Below are positions 30,770 through 41,982 of a stretch of 64,000 nt of DNA, in pieces (position 1 is the first letter of the stretch; every line of letters starts with the position of its first letter). Position numbers and translations under genes: made by a program. The notes beneath the pieces are model-generated. The model made no database searches and was not told the origin of the DNA. It saw only the letters and a program-made list of their open reading frames with translations. Source of the DNA: Micavibrio sp. UBA6145. Lineage in GTDB: Bacteria > Pseudomonadota > Alphaproteobacteria > Micavibrionales > UBA1664. The DNA is taken from the NCBI GenBank assembly GCA_002423205.1, contig DIUZ01000002.1, positions 129,409 through 193,408 of the forward strand, given 5' to 3'.

Positions 30770-31188
30770 TGTGCGGTCTCCGGCGCTGCGGCGGGGGCAG
30801 GCTTTTTCAGGCGGTGAAAGAACATGCTGTGGTTCGGCCAGCAATTGGGCTTCGCAATGCAATCCTCGGGCAATTCATTGGCATACGTAATCTGGATGGA
30901 TTGTTTGTTCACCTTGCGCAGGTAGAAATAGACAATCATTTCCTTGACGCGGTTGGTATTGGTGTTGCGCACGCGCGTGCATTTCAGGATGGACACTTTT
31001 GGGTCCTGCGCTACGACGTAACAGCGCTGGAATTCACTTTTATTCCAGATCAGGATGGATGCACCGACGGTAAAACTGCCATCATCCTTGGACGAATAAT
31101 TCCCGCAAAGCCCTGACATACATTCCGCTGAATATGCGGGAAACGTAATAAACAGCAGGGCGATAGCGAGAATTAATCTTTTTCTCAT
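30766..31188 (-). CDS. Secreted Cys-containing protein, tandem paralog 2
   Basis: Signal peptide [21 protein letters not shown]. It aligns with paralog 1 (C.SG.CG..SS...C....AQD.....C......CWP). Its start overlaps the maeB stop by 4 nt. Confidence 0.5.
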   Translation of the reverse strand: MRKRLILAIALLFITFPAYSAECMSGLCGNYSSKDDGSFTVGASILIWNKSEFQRCYVVAQDPKVSILKCTRVRNTNTNRVKEMIVYFYLRKVNKQSIQITYANELPEDCIAKPNCWPNHSMFFHRLKKPAPAAAPETAQ

Positions 31189-33467
31189 GCAGTGTCACCG
31201 GACATGACCTGCGCACCCACCGCAGCCATGGCCGCCACGTTGACAAGGCCGCGCGGCGTAGCGGCCGACGTGACGATATGGACGGGGTTGGCAATACCCA
31301 GAAGGAACGGACCGACGGCGACACCCTCGGTCATGACCTTTACGGCGTTATACGTGATGTTCGCCGCTTCCACGGTCGGGAAAACGAGCAGATTGGCAGA
31401 ACCCTTCATCGCCACGTTCGGCATGACCACTTTACGGATGTCTTCCGAAAGCGCGGCGTCGGCGTGCATTTCACCCTCAACCTGAAGCGATGGATCGCGG
31501 CGGCGCAATTCCTGCACAGCCATGCGCATTTTGATCGCGCTGGGGTGGTTGTGCGTACCGAAGTTGGAATGCGACACAAGCGCGATATTCGGCTCAACAC
31601 CAAAACGGCGCATTTCTTCAGCCGCCAGCAGCGTCATTTCAACGATCTGGCCCACTGACGGGTTGGGGTTTACGTGTGTGTCACAGAAAAACACGGTGCG
31701 TTTTGATGTGATCAGGCCGACGCAGGCAGCGGCGGTTTCAACACCCGGACGCAGGCCGATAATGTCCTGCACGATTTTCATGTGTTCATGGTACTGGCCG
31801 ATGACGCCGCAAATCATGGCATCGGCTTCACCGCGCTGAACCATCAGGGCGGCAATCACGGTCGGATTGGTACGCACAGCCAGCTTGGCAACGGCAGGGG
31901 TCACACCCTTGCGTTCCATGATCTGGTGGAACAGCGTCCAGTAATCGCGGTAACGCGGATCGTCTTCGGGATCGACCAGGTCGAAATCGCGGCCGGCCTG
32001 AAGGCGCAGGCGCAGTTTCTTGATACGCATCTCAACGACTTTTTCACGGCCGATCAGGATGGGGCGGGCCAGCTTGTCGTCGACCAGGGTTTGTGCCGCC
32101 TGCAATACGCGGTCTTCTTCGCCTTCGGCGTAGACGACCTTTTTGGCCGCGTCGCGTGAACGTGTGAACAGCGGCTGCATCAGCATGTTGGTGCGGTACG
32201 TATGCTGCGTCATGCGTGCGCGGTATGCGTCCCAGTCCGTGATCGGACGGGCGGCAACGCCGGTGGCGACAGCAGCCTTGGCAACGGCAATCGACACGTT
32301 GACGATCAAACGAGGATCGAACGGTTTCGGGATCAGGTATGCGGGCCCGAAGGTCAGGTCTTCGTCACCGTAAAGCGCCATGACTTCATGCGTGGCTTCT
32401 TCCATCGCAAGATCGGCAATGGCTTTGACGCAGGCGACTTTCATTTCTTCGTTGATGGCGGTCGCGCCGACATCAAGTGCGCCGCGGAACAGGAACGGGA
32501 AGCACAGGACGTTATTGACCTGGTTGGTGTAGTCGGAACGCCCGGTGCAGACGATGGCGTCGGGTTTAACCTTACGCACTTCTTCCGGCATGATTTCCGG
32601 CGTCGGGTTGGCCAGCGCCATGATCAGCGGTGCCTTGGCCATGGACGCGGCCATTTCAGGCTTCAGCACGCCGGGGCCGGACAGGCCCAGAAATACGTCG
32701 GCATCGGCAATCGCATCCGCTAGCGTGCGGGCATTGGTTTCGATGGCGAATTCGGCTTTGTATTTATCCATCCCTTCAGGGCGGCCCTTGTAGATGACGC
32801 CGTTTTTGTCGGTGACGGTGATGTTGTCGCGGGGCAGGCCCAGTTGGACCAGCATTTTGAGGCAGGCGAGGGCTGAAGCACCCGCGCCGGACGCCACAAG
32901 GCGAATCTCGCTCATCGGGCGGCCGGTCATGCGGATCCAGTTGGTGAAGGCCGCGCCGACGATGATGGCGGTGCCGTGCTGGTCGTCATGGAAGACCGGG
33001 ATTTTCATGCGCTCGCGCAGGCGGCGCTCGATCTCAAAGCATTCCGGCGCTTTGAAGTCTTCAAGGTTGATGCCGCCAAAGGTTGGCTCCAGCGATGCAA
33101 TGATATCGACCAGTTTGTCGACATCGGTCTCATCGATTTCGATGTCGAAAGAATCGATATCCGCGAATTTTTTGAACAGGGCCGACTTGCCCTCCATCAC
33201 CGGCTTGGATGCCAGTGCGCCGATATTGCCAAGACCAAGGACGGCGGTACCGTTGGAAATAACGGCGACGAAGTTACCGCGGCTGGTGTAGTCGAGAGCC
33301 TTAAGGGGGTTGGCAGCGATTTCCTCGCACGCAGCGGCCACACCGGGGGAATACGCAAGGCTAAGATCGCGCTGCGTCGTCATCGGCTTCGTGACCTTGA
33401 TGGCCAGTTTTCCGGGGGTGGGGTACTGGTGATATTCGAGGGCTGCGTCGCGCAGACTTTGGTCCAT
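31185..33467 (-). CDS. maeB: NADP-dependent malic enzyme (malic enzyme fused to a phosphotransacetylase-like domain)
   Basis: 760 aa. [21 protein letters not shown] and GAGASA, plus a C-terminal PTA-like half. Confidence 0.9.
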   Translation of the reverse strand: MDQSLRDAALEYHQYPTPGKLAIKVTKPMTTQRDLSLAYSPGVAAACEEIAANPLKALDYTSRGNFVAVISNGTAVLGLGNIGALASKPVMEGKSALFKKFADIDSFDIEIDETDVDKLVDIIASLEPTFGGINLEDFKAPECFEIERRLRERMKIPVFHDDQHGTAIIVGAAFTNWIRMTGRPMSEIRLVASGAGASALACLKMLVQLGLPRDNITVTDKNGVIYKGRPEGMDKYKAEFAIETNARTLADAIADADVFLGLSGPGVLKPEMAASMAKAPLIMALANPTPEIMPEEVRKVKPDAIVCTGRSDYTNQVNNVLCFPFLFRGALDVGATAINEEMKVACVKAIADLAMEEATHEVMALYGDEDLTFGPAYLIPKPFDPRLIVNVSIAVAKAAVATGVAARPITDWDAYRARMTQHTYRTNMLMQPLFTRSRDAAKKVVYAEGEEDRVLQAAQTLVDDKLARPILIGREKVVEMRIKKLRLRLQAGRDFDLVDPEDDPRYRDYWTLFHQIMERKGVTPAVAKLAVRTNPTVIAALMVQRGEADAMICGVIGQYHEHMKIVQDIIGLRPGVETAAACVGLITSKRTVFFCDTHVNPNPSVGQIVEMTLLAAEEMRRFGVEPNIALVSHSNFGTHNHPSAIKMRMAVQELRRRDPSLQVEGEMHADAALSEDIRKVVMPNVAMKGSANLLVFPTVEAANITYNAVKVMTEGVAVGPFLLGIANPVHIVTSAATPRGLVNVAAMAAVGAQVMSGDTA

Positions 33468-33505
33468 GAATCTGATCCTACGGGCTAAACAATGAGAACA
33501 TATGA

Positions 33506-33589
33506 TGGTGCGGTCGAAAAGACTTGAACTTTCACGGGTTGCCCCACAGCCACCTCAAGGCTGCGCGTCTACCATTTCGCCACGACCGC
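33506..33589 (-). tRNA. tRNA-Leu (anticodon GAG)
   Basis: The minus strand reads GCGGTCG-TG-GCGAAATGGTAGACGC-G-CAGCC-TTGAGGT-GGCTG-long variable arm-GAAAG-TTCAAGT-CTTTT-CGACCGC-ACCA. It has a 7-bp acceptor stem, U33, purine 37 and an encoded CCA. Confidence 0.9.
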
Positions 33590-33799
33590 ACGTCATATGT
33601 GTTTTGGCCCGGGAGCAGTAACAAATCCGCCCTTCGGTGGCAACTTGATTACACCGTGCATCGCATCATGGGAAGGAAAAAAGTTATGGCTTTAGAAACC
33701 GCGTCAGAATAAGTGAGCCCATTGGTCACAGGCTTATGGTTTAGTAACCTGCGCATGTGTCACGAATAAGACCGTTAAAAGGGTGAGATTGTTTACATA

Positions 33800-34423
33800 A
33801 TGGAATTAGAGTGGAAGACATCACCGGCCCCGGTCGCCTATCCTGACGCCCTCGCGTTCATGGAAGGGCGGGTCGACGCCATTGCCAAACACGGCGGACG
33901 CCCTTGTGTCTGGCTGCTGGAACACCCGCCTTTGTACACGGGCGGTACATCCGCCAAAGACACCGATCTTTTGAATGCGCGCTTTCCTGTCTACGAGACC
34001 GGTCGCGGCGGTGAATACACCTATCACGGTCCGGGCCAGCGCGTGGCCTATGTTATGCGCAAACTGCCCGAAGCCGACGTGAAGAAATACATCTGGCAAC
34101 TGGAAGAATGGATCATCCGCACGCTGGCGCGTTTCGACGTGAAAGGCGAACGCAGGGAGGGCCGCGTCGGCATCTGGGTCGTCAGCGGCAACACCGAAAA
34201 CAAAATCGCCGCCATCGGTGTGCGCGTGCGCCACTGGACGGCCTTCCACGGCATTTCCATCAATGTCGATCCTGATCTGTCCCACTACACCGGCATCGTG
34301 CCCTGCGGCATCAATGATTACGGTGTGACGTCGCTTGCAGCGCTGGGAAAACGTGTTTCCATGGACGATCTGGACGCGGCGATGCGCGATACATTCACCG
34401 ATGTTTTCGGTGCCGACGCGTAA
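33800..34423 (+). CDS. lipB: Octanoyl/lipoyl transferase
   Basis: [21 protein letters not shown] and the PCG active-site region. Confidence 0.9.
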   Translation: MELEWKTSPAPVAYPDALAFMEGRVDAIAKHGGRPCVWLLEHPPLYTGGTSAKDTDLLNARFPVYETGRGGEYTYHGPGQRVAYVMRKLPEADVKKYIWQLEEWIIRTLARFDVKGERREGRVGIWVVSGNTENKIAAIGVRVRHWTAFHGISINVDPDLSHYTGIVPCGINDYGVTSLAALGKRVSMDDLDAAMRDTFTDVFGADA

Positions 34424-35223
34424 TCGGCCATGCGCAGCAAAACCTTGTTCAGGACCGTCTGCATCTGCCCGAATTTTTCCGGGTGTGCTTCCAGCCCGTC
34501 CAGGTAAAGCCCGCGGTTGATTTCAATCTGCACGCTTTCGCCGTTGCCGGTGCGGTGTGAAAATACGCGGGTAAGCTCAGCCCCAGCATAGGGTTTGTTG
34601 ATGGCGATGCGCGATATGCCCGCATCACGAAACGCGTTTTCCAGCACATCCATGAATTCGCGCGAACAGCTTTGATGATGCTGGTTGCCCAGCACGATAT
34701 CCGCCGGGATATGCGTGGGCATGGAATGCATATTCAGGTGATAGAACCGCCCAAAACGTGATTCCAGCTGCGCCGCGCCGATTTTCAGGGTCTGGTAATA
34801 CGGGTCGTAATAATCCGCGATACGCCTTTGTACTTCCGCGCTCGGTATACCTTGCGGATAAAGCGGGCGGCGGTCGATGAACTGCCAGATCAGCCCGATG
34901 CCCGATGTCGAAAAACCGCTGGGACGTAAATGGTCGCCCGTCCATGCATCGGACAGCATACGCCGGTTGATATCGTTACGCGCACGGTTCAGGTCGATGA
35001 AAATACGCGGGGCATGGGCGCACAGCATTGTGGCACCAAGGGCGGGAAAACCGGCAATCAACTGGTCGACCAGCCGGTCTTCGCAATGCGCGTAATCCAG
35101 GTGGTCAATGACAGGTAGAAAATCAGCCGGATAATCCCGACCGCTATGGGGTGAATCGACCAGCACGGGGACGGCGTCAGCCGGACGCGGTTCGAAAACG
35201 GTTAAAACCCCCGGAATGTGCAC
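34318..35223 (-). CDS. N-formylglutamate amidohydrolase-family protein
   Basis: VDSPHSG...FIDLNR...HSMP pattern. Its 3' end overlaps convergent lipB by 106 nt. Confidence 0.7.
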   Translation of the reverse strand: MHIPGVLTVFEPRPADAVPVLVDSPHSGRDYPADFLPVIDHLDYAHCEDRLVDQLIAGFPALGATMLCAHAPRIFIDLNRARNDINRRMLSDAWTGDHLRPSGFSTSGIGLIWQFIDRRPLYPQGIPSAEVQRRIADYYDPYYQTLKIGAAQLESRFGRFYHLNMHSMPTHIPADIVLGNQHHQSCSREFMDVLENAFRDAGISRIAINKPYAGAELTRVFSHRTGNGESVQIEINRGLYLDGLEAHPEKFGQMQTVLNKVLLRMADYASAPKTSVNVSRIAASRSSMETRFPSAASDVTP

Positions 35224-35271
35224 GCAAATTCCCCCTTAACAAGCGTAAGCCATGGCTTTATCGTGTCGGCC

Positions 35272-36549
35272 ATGCACGATTTAAAAGACATCCGCCAGAA
35301 TCCGCAAGCCTTTGACGCCGCCATGGCCCGCCGTGGCCTTGAAGCGCAAAGCCCCATGATCATCGAACTGGACGAGCGCCGCCGCAGCTTGCAGACGCAG
35401 ATCCAGCAAATGCTCCAGGTCCGTAACGAGAAATCGAAACTGATCGGGCAATTGAAGGCCAAGAAAGAAAACGCCGACGCCCTGATGGCGGAAGTCGCTG
35501 CGTACAAGGAAGAATTGCCGAAGCTGGAAGAGGCCGAACGCGCAATCGCGGATGAGCTGACCACGCTGCTCTCCAGCCTGCCCAACGTGCAGTCGAAAGA
35601 CATCCCGGACGGCAAGGACGAACACGACAACGTCGAAATCCGCAAAGTCGGTACGCCCAAAAAGACCGGGGCAGGGCACAAGGACCACGTCGCCATCGGC
35701 GAAACGCTGGGCATGATGGATTTCGAAACCGCCGTAAAAATCTCCGGCTCCCGCTTTGTGATCATGCAGGGGCATCTGGCCCGCCTTGAGCGCGCATTGG
35801 CGCAATTCATGCTCGACACCCACACGCAGCACCATGGCTATACGGAAGTATCACCGCCGCTGATGGTCAATGACGCATCCATGTACGGCACCGGCCAGCT
35901 GCCGAAATTCCGTGACGACCAGTTCCAGACCACGCGTGGCGACTGGCTGATCCCGACATCGGAAGTGCCGCTGACCAACATTGTTGCGGACAGCATCGTC
36001 GACGAAAACACATTGCCGCGCCGCTATACCGCGCATACGCCGTGCTTCAGGCAAGAGGCGGGTGCCGCCGGTAAAGACACCAAGGGGATGATCCGCCAGC
36101 ACCAGTTCTACAAGGTGGAGATGGTTTCGATCACCAAGCCCGGTGAATCCGAAGCCGAGCATGAGCGCATGACAAAATGCGCCGAAACCATTCTCGAAAA
36201 ACTGGGACTGCCATTTAGAACGGTTGTCTTGTGTACAGGCGATGCCGGTTTCGGGTCGTACAAAACATACGACATCGAAGTCTGGCTGCCGGGTCAGGAC
36301 CGTTACCGCGAAATTTCCTCCTGCTCCAATTGCGGGGATTTTCAGGCACGCCGCATGAAGGCCCGCACGAAAATCGGCGGCGAGAACGTGTTCGTTCACA
36401 CCCTCAACGGGTCTGGTGTTGCTGTCGGCCGTGCGCTGATCGCCGTGCTTGAAAACTACTGGGATGAAGCCCAGCAGGCCGTCATCGTTCCGGACGTTCT
36501 CAAGCCCTACATGGGCGGTATCGACAAAATCACCAAGTCGAATTCGTAA
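35272..36549 (+). CDS. serS: Seryl-tRNA synthetase
   Basis: [11 protein letters not shown]..., [29 protein letters not shown] and [11 protein letters not shown]. Start trimmed. Confidence 0.9.
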   Translation: MHDLKDIRQNPQAFDAAMARRGLEAQSPMIIELDERRRSLQTQIQQMLQVRNEKSKLIGQLKAKKENADALMAEVAAYKEELPKLEEAERAIADELTTLLSSLPNVQSKDIPDGKDEHDNVEIRKVGTPKKTGAGHKDHVAIGETLGMMDFETAVKISGSRFVIMQGHLARLERALAQFMLDTHTQHHGYTEVSPPLMVNDASMYGTGQLPKFRDDQFQTTRGDWLIPTSEVPLTNIVADSIVDENTLPRRYTAHTPCFRQEAGAAGKDTKGMIRQHQFYKVEMVSITKPGESEAEHERMTKCAETILEKLGLPFRTVVLCTGDAGFGSYKTYDIEVWLPGQDRYREISSCSNCGDFQARRMKARTKIGGENVFVHTLNGSGVAVGRALIAVLENYWDEAQQAVIVPDVLKPYMGGIDKITKSNS

Positions 36550-36647
36550 GCATTTATAGCGCCTTACGTTAAAGCCTTGAGTCTGCGCCCGGATGGGGTC
36601 AGAATCAGGGGGTCGATTCGCGCCTCCCTCACGCTTTAAGAAAAACA

Positions 36648-37340
36648 ATGAACTCATTGCAAGCAAACAAGATTCGTCTGGTCATGCACCTGCGCCGCCA
36701 CGGTATCACCGATACCAATGTGCTGGGTGCCATTGAACGCATTCCGCGTGAAGAATTCGTACCCGAACTGTTTTTCGACCAGGCCTATGAAGACCGCGCA
36801 TTGCCCATCGGTCTGGGCCAGACCATCTCACAACCGCTGGTCGTTGCGACCATGTCGCAGGCGCTTGAACTCAACGACCGTATGAAGGTGCTGGAAATCG
36901 GTACGGGTTCCGGCTATCAGGCCGCGATCCTCTCGAGGCTCTGCCGCCGCGTTTATTCCATCGAACGCCATCGTCCGCTGCTTGATATTGCTGAACAGCG
37001 TTTCAAAAACATGCAGCTGCGCAACGTCACCACCATGGTTGGCGACGGCATGAAGGGCTGGCCGGTTCAGGCACCGTTCGACCGTATCATTGTCACCGCC
37101 GGTGCCGCTGGTGAAGTGCCGCGCGATCTTTTGTTCCAGCTCGCCATTGGCGGCATCATGTGTATCCCGGTGGGGCCGGATGCAACGGCGCAGACGCTCG
37201 TGAAATATACACGCGTATCCGACACCGAATTCACCTGTCAGGAATTGATGCCGGTGCGTTTTGTCCCGCTTCTGCCCAACGTGGCAGAGGAATCCATGGA
37301 CATGGAACCTGACATCAACAAACTTCTGGCATGGGCATAA
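36648..37340 (+). CDS. pcm: Protein-L-isoaspartate O-methyltransferase
   Basis: QTISQP and VLEIGTGSGYQAA. Confidence 0.9.
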   Translation: MNSLQANKIRLVMHLRRHGITDTNVLGAIERIPREEFVPELFFDQAYEDRALPIGLGQTISQPLVVATMSQALELNDRMKVLEIGTGSGYQAAILSRLCRRVYSIERHRPLLDIAEQRFKNMQLRNVTTMVGDGMKGWPVQAPFDRIIVTAGAAGEVPRDLLFQLAIGGIMCIPVGPDATAQTLVKYTRVSDTEFTCQELMPVRFVPLLPNVAEESMDMEPDINKLLAWA

Positions 37341-38176
37341 AGCACGCGGCTTTGTTTGGTCTTTGTGTGGTGGTCACGGCATGTGGCACCGCAAAGCATC
37401 CTGCACCTGTCTACGACCTGAAAATGAACGGTAGTTCTGCGGGCTCCGCCATCGTAGGCGGGCGTGTTGTCAGCCTGGCACCGCCCTCTACCTATCGCGC
37501 CCGCCACGGCGACACCGCTTACAGTGTCGCCAACATGTTCGATTTGCGCGTCACCGATATCATCGCGCAGAACAACCTCCACGCGCCGTACCAGTTGCAT
37601 GACGGGCAGGTGATTAGCCTGTCGCGCCCGCAACAGGCCGCATTGCAATCATTTGAACCCGCGCCGCTGGCCGCCGTACCGCAGGACCAGGTGATGCGCG
37701 AAACATTGCAGCCGCCAATGCAGGTAGGGGGCAAACAAGAAACCCAGACCCCAACCACGGCACCGCGCCCCCCACGCACTGCCGCACCCGCCGCTGCCAG
37801 ACGCTTCGCCCGTCCGGTGCAGGGGGAGGTGGTGTCGGCCTACGGCTCCAAGGCCGACGGCCTGTATAACGAAGGCATCAATATCGCAGCCAAACCCGGC
37901 ACGCAGGTCCGCGCGGCGGATGCCGGCACGGTTGTCTATGCGGGCGACCGGTTATCGGGTTACGGCAATCTGGTTTTGATCAAACACGACAACGAATTTT
38001 TCACGGTCTATGGCCACATGGCCGATACCCGCGTGGCCAAGGGCGCAAGCGTCGCGCGCGGCCAGACCATCGGCACCGTCGGCACATCCGGCCAGGCCAA
38101 AACCCCGCAGCTTCATTTCGAGATCCGTCAGGGCACCAAGTCATTGGATCCGCAGGGATATTTAATGCCGGAATAA
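37331..38176 (+). CDS. LysM-domain M23-family peptidase lipoprotein (NlpD-like)
   Basis: Lipobox VVVTACG, a LysM-like segment (YRARHGDTAYSVANMF...GQVISL) and M23 motifs (YGNLVLIKH..TVYGH; PQLHFEIR). Confidence 0.85.
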   Translation: MGIKHAALFGLCVVVTACGTAKHPAPVYDLKMNGSSAGSAIVGGRVVSLAPPSTYRARHGDTAYSVANMFDLRVTDIIAQNNLHAPYQLHDGQVISLSRPQQAALQSFEPAPLAAVPQDQVMRETLQPPMQVGGKQETQTPTTAPRPPRTAAPAAARRFARPVQGEVVSAYGSKADGLYNEGINIAAKPGTQVRAADAGTVVYAGDRLSGYGNLVLIKHDNEFFTVYGHMADTRVAKGASVARGQTIGTVGTSGQAKTPQLHFEIRQGTKSLDPQGYLMPE

Positions 38177-38249
38177 CCCGTCCGGCCGCCTTGTTTTTAC
38201 CCTGATGGGCAGTATAGTACCCACGACCTAAACCGATGGAGTTCTATAC

Positions 38250-38615
38250 ATGCTTATCTCTCAGGCACTTGCCTCTACCGCTACCGCCACCACCGACGCT
38301 GTTGCCGCCACCGGCACGCCGCCGTCCGCCGCTGACTCGTTCATGTGGAATATGGGCCTCATCCTTGTGATGTTTGTCCTGTTCTACTTCCTACTGATCC
38401 GTCCGCAGCAGAAACGTCTGAAAACCCAACAGGCACTCCTCAGCGCCCTCAAGGAAGGCGACCGCGTCGTCACCGGCGGCGGTCTGGTCGGCACGATCAC
38501 CAAAGTCATCAACGACTCGGAAATCGAAGTTGATCTGGGCACCACCAAAGTTATCGCCCTGCGCTATACCCTGACCACCCGTATCTCCGGCACGGCACCT
38601 CAGGCTGCAAAATGA
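38250..38615 (+). CDS. yajC: Preprotein translocase subunit YajC
   Basis: FYFLLIRPQQKRLK...GDRVVTGGGLVGTI. Confidence 0.85.
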   Translation: MLISQALASTATATTDAVAATGTPPSAADSFMWNMGLILVMFVLFYFLLIRPQQKRLKTQQALLSALKEGDRVVTGGGLVGTITKVINDSEIEVDLGTTKVIALRYTLTTRISGTAPQAAK

Positions 38616-40174
38616 TCCGTATCGCCACCTGGAAAATCGTACTGATCCTGTTGGCATGTGTCGCCGCGTTCGCGTGGGCGGCACCCAACCTGCTGAGTAA
38701 AGAGCAGGCCGCTGCATGGGAAAGCAAAGCACCCGCTTGGCTTCCCAGCAAACGCGTCAGCCTTGGCCTTGATCTTCAGGGCGGTTCGCACCTGATGCTT
38801 CAGGTTGCCGTAGGCGAGGCGTTGAAAGACCATCTGATCAACGAAGTCCAGGCGGCACGCAGCGCGATGCGTTCGGCCAAAATCGAATACACCGCGTTCC
38901 GCACGGAACCGAACGCTTTCGTCATTACCCTTAAAAATGCCGCCGATGCCGACAAGGCCAAATCCGCCATCCGCAAGATGGACCCGGAACTGATCGTATC
39001 CGACATCGACGGCAACAAGATTGACGCACGTTTTTCCGACACCAAAATCCGCACCTTCACCGCGCGCGTCATCGAACAGTCGATCGAGATTGTCCGCCGC
39101 CGCGTCGATGAAACCGGCACGCGCGAACCCGTCATTGCCCGCCAGGGTGAAGACCGCATCGTGGTGCAGGTGCCGGGTCTGAACGACCCCGAATACCTCA
39201 AACAACTTCTGGGCCGCACCGCCAAGCTGACCTTCCAGCTGGTGGACGAAGACGCATCCCGCACCGGCAAGGCCGGTATCGGTAACGTCATGCTGCCGAT
39301 GCAGGAATACCCGGGCCAGACCATTTCCGTGAAAAAGGAAGAACTGATCACCGGCGGCATGCTCACCGATGCGCAGCCGACCTTTCAGGACGGCATGCCC
39401 GCCGTGTCTTTCCGTCTCAACGCCCTTGGCGCAAAACGCTTCTGTGACACGACCAAGGCCAACGTCAACAAACCCTTCGCCATCGTGCTGGACCAGGCCG
39501 TTATTTCCGCCCCCAGCATCCGCGAGGCGATCTGCGGCGGCTCCGGCCAGATTTCCGGCAACTTCACCGTGCAGGAAGCCAACGATCTTGCGCTGCTGCT
39601 CCGTGCGGGCGCACTGCCTGCCAAGCTGACGATTGTCGAGGAGCGCACCGTCGGCCCGACCCTCGGGTCTGACTCGGTCGAGGCCGGTAAAAAGGCCTGC
39701 ATCTTCGCGATGATCTTCGTCATCATATTCGCCTGCACCGTTTACGGCCTGTTCGGCGTGTTCGCGTCCATCGCCATCGTCGTCAACATGGTCATGCTGA
39801 TGGCCATCATGTCGCTGCTTCAGGCGACGCTGACACTGCCCGGTATCGCCGGTATGGTTCTGGTCATCGGCCTTGCTGTCGATGGCAACGTGCTTGTGTT
39901 TGAACGCATCAAGGAAGAGCTGCGCGCTGGTCGCTCGGTTCTGTCCGCTATCGACATCGGCTACGAACGCGCCCAGACCACCATTATCGACTCCAACCTG
40001 ACGGCCCTGATTTCGGCGCTGATCCTGTTCTCGTTCGGCACTGGACCGATCAAGGGATTCGCCGTAACGACATCCATCGGTGTCGGCACCGCGTTCTTTG
40101 CATCAATGCTGCTGACCCGCCTGATGATCATCACGTATCTGCGTGTCAGAAAACCAAAAACCATTGCCGCTTAA
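38612..40174 (+). CDS. secD: Protein translocase subunit SecD
   Basis: 520 aa. LGLDLQGG, a periplasmic domain and a C-terminal 6-TM region. Confidence 0.9.
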   Translation: MIRIATWKIVLILLACVAAFAWAAPNLLSKEQAAAWESKAPAWLPSKRVSLGLDLQGGSHLMLQVAVGEALKDHLINEVQAARSAMRSAKIEYTAFRTEPNAFVITLKNAADADKAKSAIRKMDPELIVSDIDGNKIDARFSDTKIRTFTARVIEQSIEIVRRRVDETGTREPVIARQGEDRIVVQVPGLNDPEYLKQLLGRTAKLTFQLVDEDASRTGKAGIGNVMLPMQEYPGQTISVKKEELITGGMLTDAQPTFQDGMPAVSFRLNALGAKRFCDTTKANVNKPFAIVLDQAVISAPSIREAICGGSGQISGNFTVQEANDLALLLRAGALPAKLTIVEERTVGPTLGSDSVEAGKKACIFAMIFVIIFACTVYGLFGVFASIAIVVNMVMLMAIMSLLQATLTLPGIAGMVLVIGLAVDGNVLVFERIKEELRAGRSVLSAIDIGYERAQTTIIDSNLTALISALILFSFGTGPIKGFAVTTSIGVGTAFFASMLLTRLMIITYLRVRKPKTIAA

Positions 40175-40183
40175 GGGACGACC

Positions 40184-41137
40184 ATGATCATAAAACTTCT
40201 TCCGCTTGTCCCGCATGACACGAAGATCAACTTCTTCGGTCACCGCTTTTACGCATTCATCGCATCCGTCATCATCATTGGCGGCTCGATCCTGTGCCTG
40301 TCGATCAAGGGTCTGAATTTCGGCATCGACTTCACCGGCGGTACGGTGATGGAAGTGGCCACGCCCATTGATCCCGATCTTGGCGCTTTGCGTAAATCCC
40401 TGGAAGAGCTGCATATCGGCGAAGTGCCGATCCAGGAACTGGGCTCCAAACGCTCGCTGCTGCTTCGCTTCCCTGAACAGGACGGCGGCGCAGAAGGGCA
40501 GGCAGCCGCCATCGCCAAAATCCGCACCACACTGGATGCAACCTTCGCCGGTGCCGGCGCACCGGTTGATTACCGCCGCACCGAATTCGTGGGGCCGCAG
40601 GTCGGTGAAGAACTCAAGAAAAACGGTCTTCTTGCCATCATCTTCGCGCTATTCGCGATCCAGTGTTACATCTGGGTGCGCTTCAACTGGCAGTACAGCG
40701 TGGGCGCCATGCTGGCCCTGATCCATGACGTTGTGGGCATCCTCGGCCTGTTCTCGCTTACGCAGATGCCGTTCGACCTCTCAACACTTTCGGCCATCTT
40801 GCTTGTTGCGGGTTATTCGATCAACGAAACGGTTATTATTTTCGACCGCGTTCGCGAAACCTTGCGCAAATTCCGCAAAATGCCGATGCAGGACGTGATC
40901 AACTATTCGATCAACTCGACCCTTGCCCGTACGATCATGACCTCCGGTTCGACGCTTCTGGCGCTTCTGGCGCTGTGGCTGTTCGGCGGCATGGTTATCC
41001 GCGGCTTCGTCTCAGCCCTGTTTATCGGGATCTTGATCGGCACGCACTCATCCTACTTCGTGTCGGCGCCGTCGCTGTATTACCTGAAACTGCGCCGTGC
41101 ACCGGAAGTCGCAACCGGGGAAGAAAAGGCGGCTTAA
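40184..41137 (+). CDS. secF: Protein translocase subunit SecF
   Basis: 317 aa with GIDFTGGT, following secD. Confidence 0.9.
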   Translation: MIIKLLPLVPHDTKINFFGHRFYAFIASVIIIGGSILCLSIKGLNFGIDFTGGTVMEVATPIDPDLGALRKSLEELHIGEVPIQELGSKRSLLLRFPEQDGGAEGQAAAIAKIRTTLDATFAGAGAPVDYRRTEFVGPQVGEELKKNGLLAIIFALFAIQCYIWVRFNWQYSVGAMLALIHDVVGILGLFSLTQMPFDLSTLSAILLVAGYSINETVIIFDRVRETLRKFRKMPMQDVINYSINSTLARTIMTSGSTLLALLALWLFGGMVIRGFVSALFIGILIGTHSSYFVSAPSLYYLKLRRAPEVATGEEKAA

Positions 41138-41982
41138 ACGCCTTTTTTCCAGCGCCGGTGAATCCACAGCCACTGGTCAGGATATTCGCGGATCCATGCC
41201 TCCAGAACGGCATGCGTATCCGCGATAATCTCTTCCGTCGGACGCTCACCGACGGGGATGGCTTCGCCGAGATCGATTTCAAAATGACAGCCTGATGTGC
41301 GGATAATGCGCCCCGGCACCAGCGGGCATTTCAGTTTACGCGCCAGTTCGACAAACGCCGTCGACGTCATGGCCGGACGATTGAAAAACATCGCCTCAAT
41401 GCCGGTGTTCATTTTCTGGTCGATCAGCATACCCACGCTTTCGCCGTTTTGCAGCGCCCGCAGGGTTTCGCTCAGGCCTTTGCGGTTCTTGCCGAATGAC
41501 CGCAATGCCCCGCCGAACCCGCGTAAGCGCACAATCAGCGCATCGACGGACGGGTTGTTTGGCGCGCGGTAAACGGAATGCATGGTGATCTGTTGCTGGA
41601 ACAGCATGGCGGGGGGCAGCACCTCCCAGTTGCCGATATGACCACTGAAAAAAACCGTAGTCTGACCGCGCAGCGGTGCAAAACGCTCCGGGTTGCGGAA
41701 TGTCGTACGGTTTTTGGCGATGTCTTCCAGATGGGGGTATTCACCGACCACGCGGCCCAGGTGATTCCACATACCACGCAGAATTTTATCGACTTCTGCG
41801 CGCGTCAGATGCGGGAAGGCGCGGGCGATGTTGTTGCGGCCCACTTTTGAAAGCCCCATCAATGGGCCGATCGCGCCGAAGATCGCGCCCGACGTGGCGG
41901 ACGCCGCTTGCGGACCCATGACCTTCAATAGGCCCAGATACCCGCGCAGAAGCGCGTATTCGATACGGTAACGTGTGCTCAT
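41134..41982 (-). CDS. Lipid A biosynthesis (Kdo2-lipid IVA) acyltransferase-family protein
   Basis: LpxL/HtrB-family pattern including FFSGHIGNWE. Last gene of the waaA-lpxK operon. Confidence 0.75.
   Translation of the reverse strand: MSTRYRIEYALLRGYLGLLKVMGPQAASATSGAIFGAIGPLMGLSKVGRNNIARAFPHLTRAEVDKILRGMWNHLGRVVGEYPHLEDIAKNRTTFRNPERFAPLRGQTTVFFSGHIGNWEVLPPAMLFQQQITMHSVYRAPNNPSVDALIVRLRGFGGALRSFGKNRKGLSETLRALQNGESVGMLIDQKMNTGIEAMFFNRPAMTSTAFVELARKLKCPLVPGRIIRTSGCHFEIDLGEAIPVGERPTEEIIADTHAVLEAWIREYPDQWLWIHRRWKKGV

Noticed and set aside
33524-33712. 62-aa plus-strand ORF in the maeB-lipB intergenic region
   Set aside because: It overlaps the tRNA-Leu(GAG) gene on the opposite strand. The tRNA cloverleaf explains the sequence.
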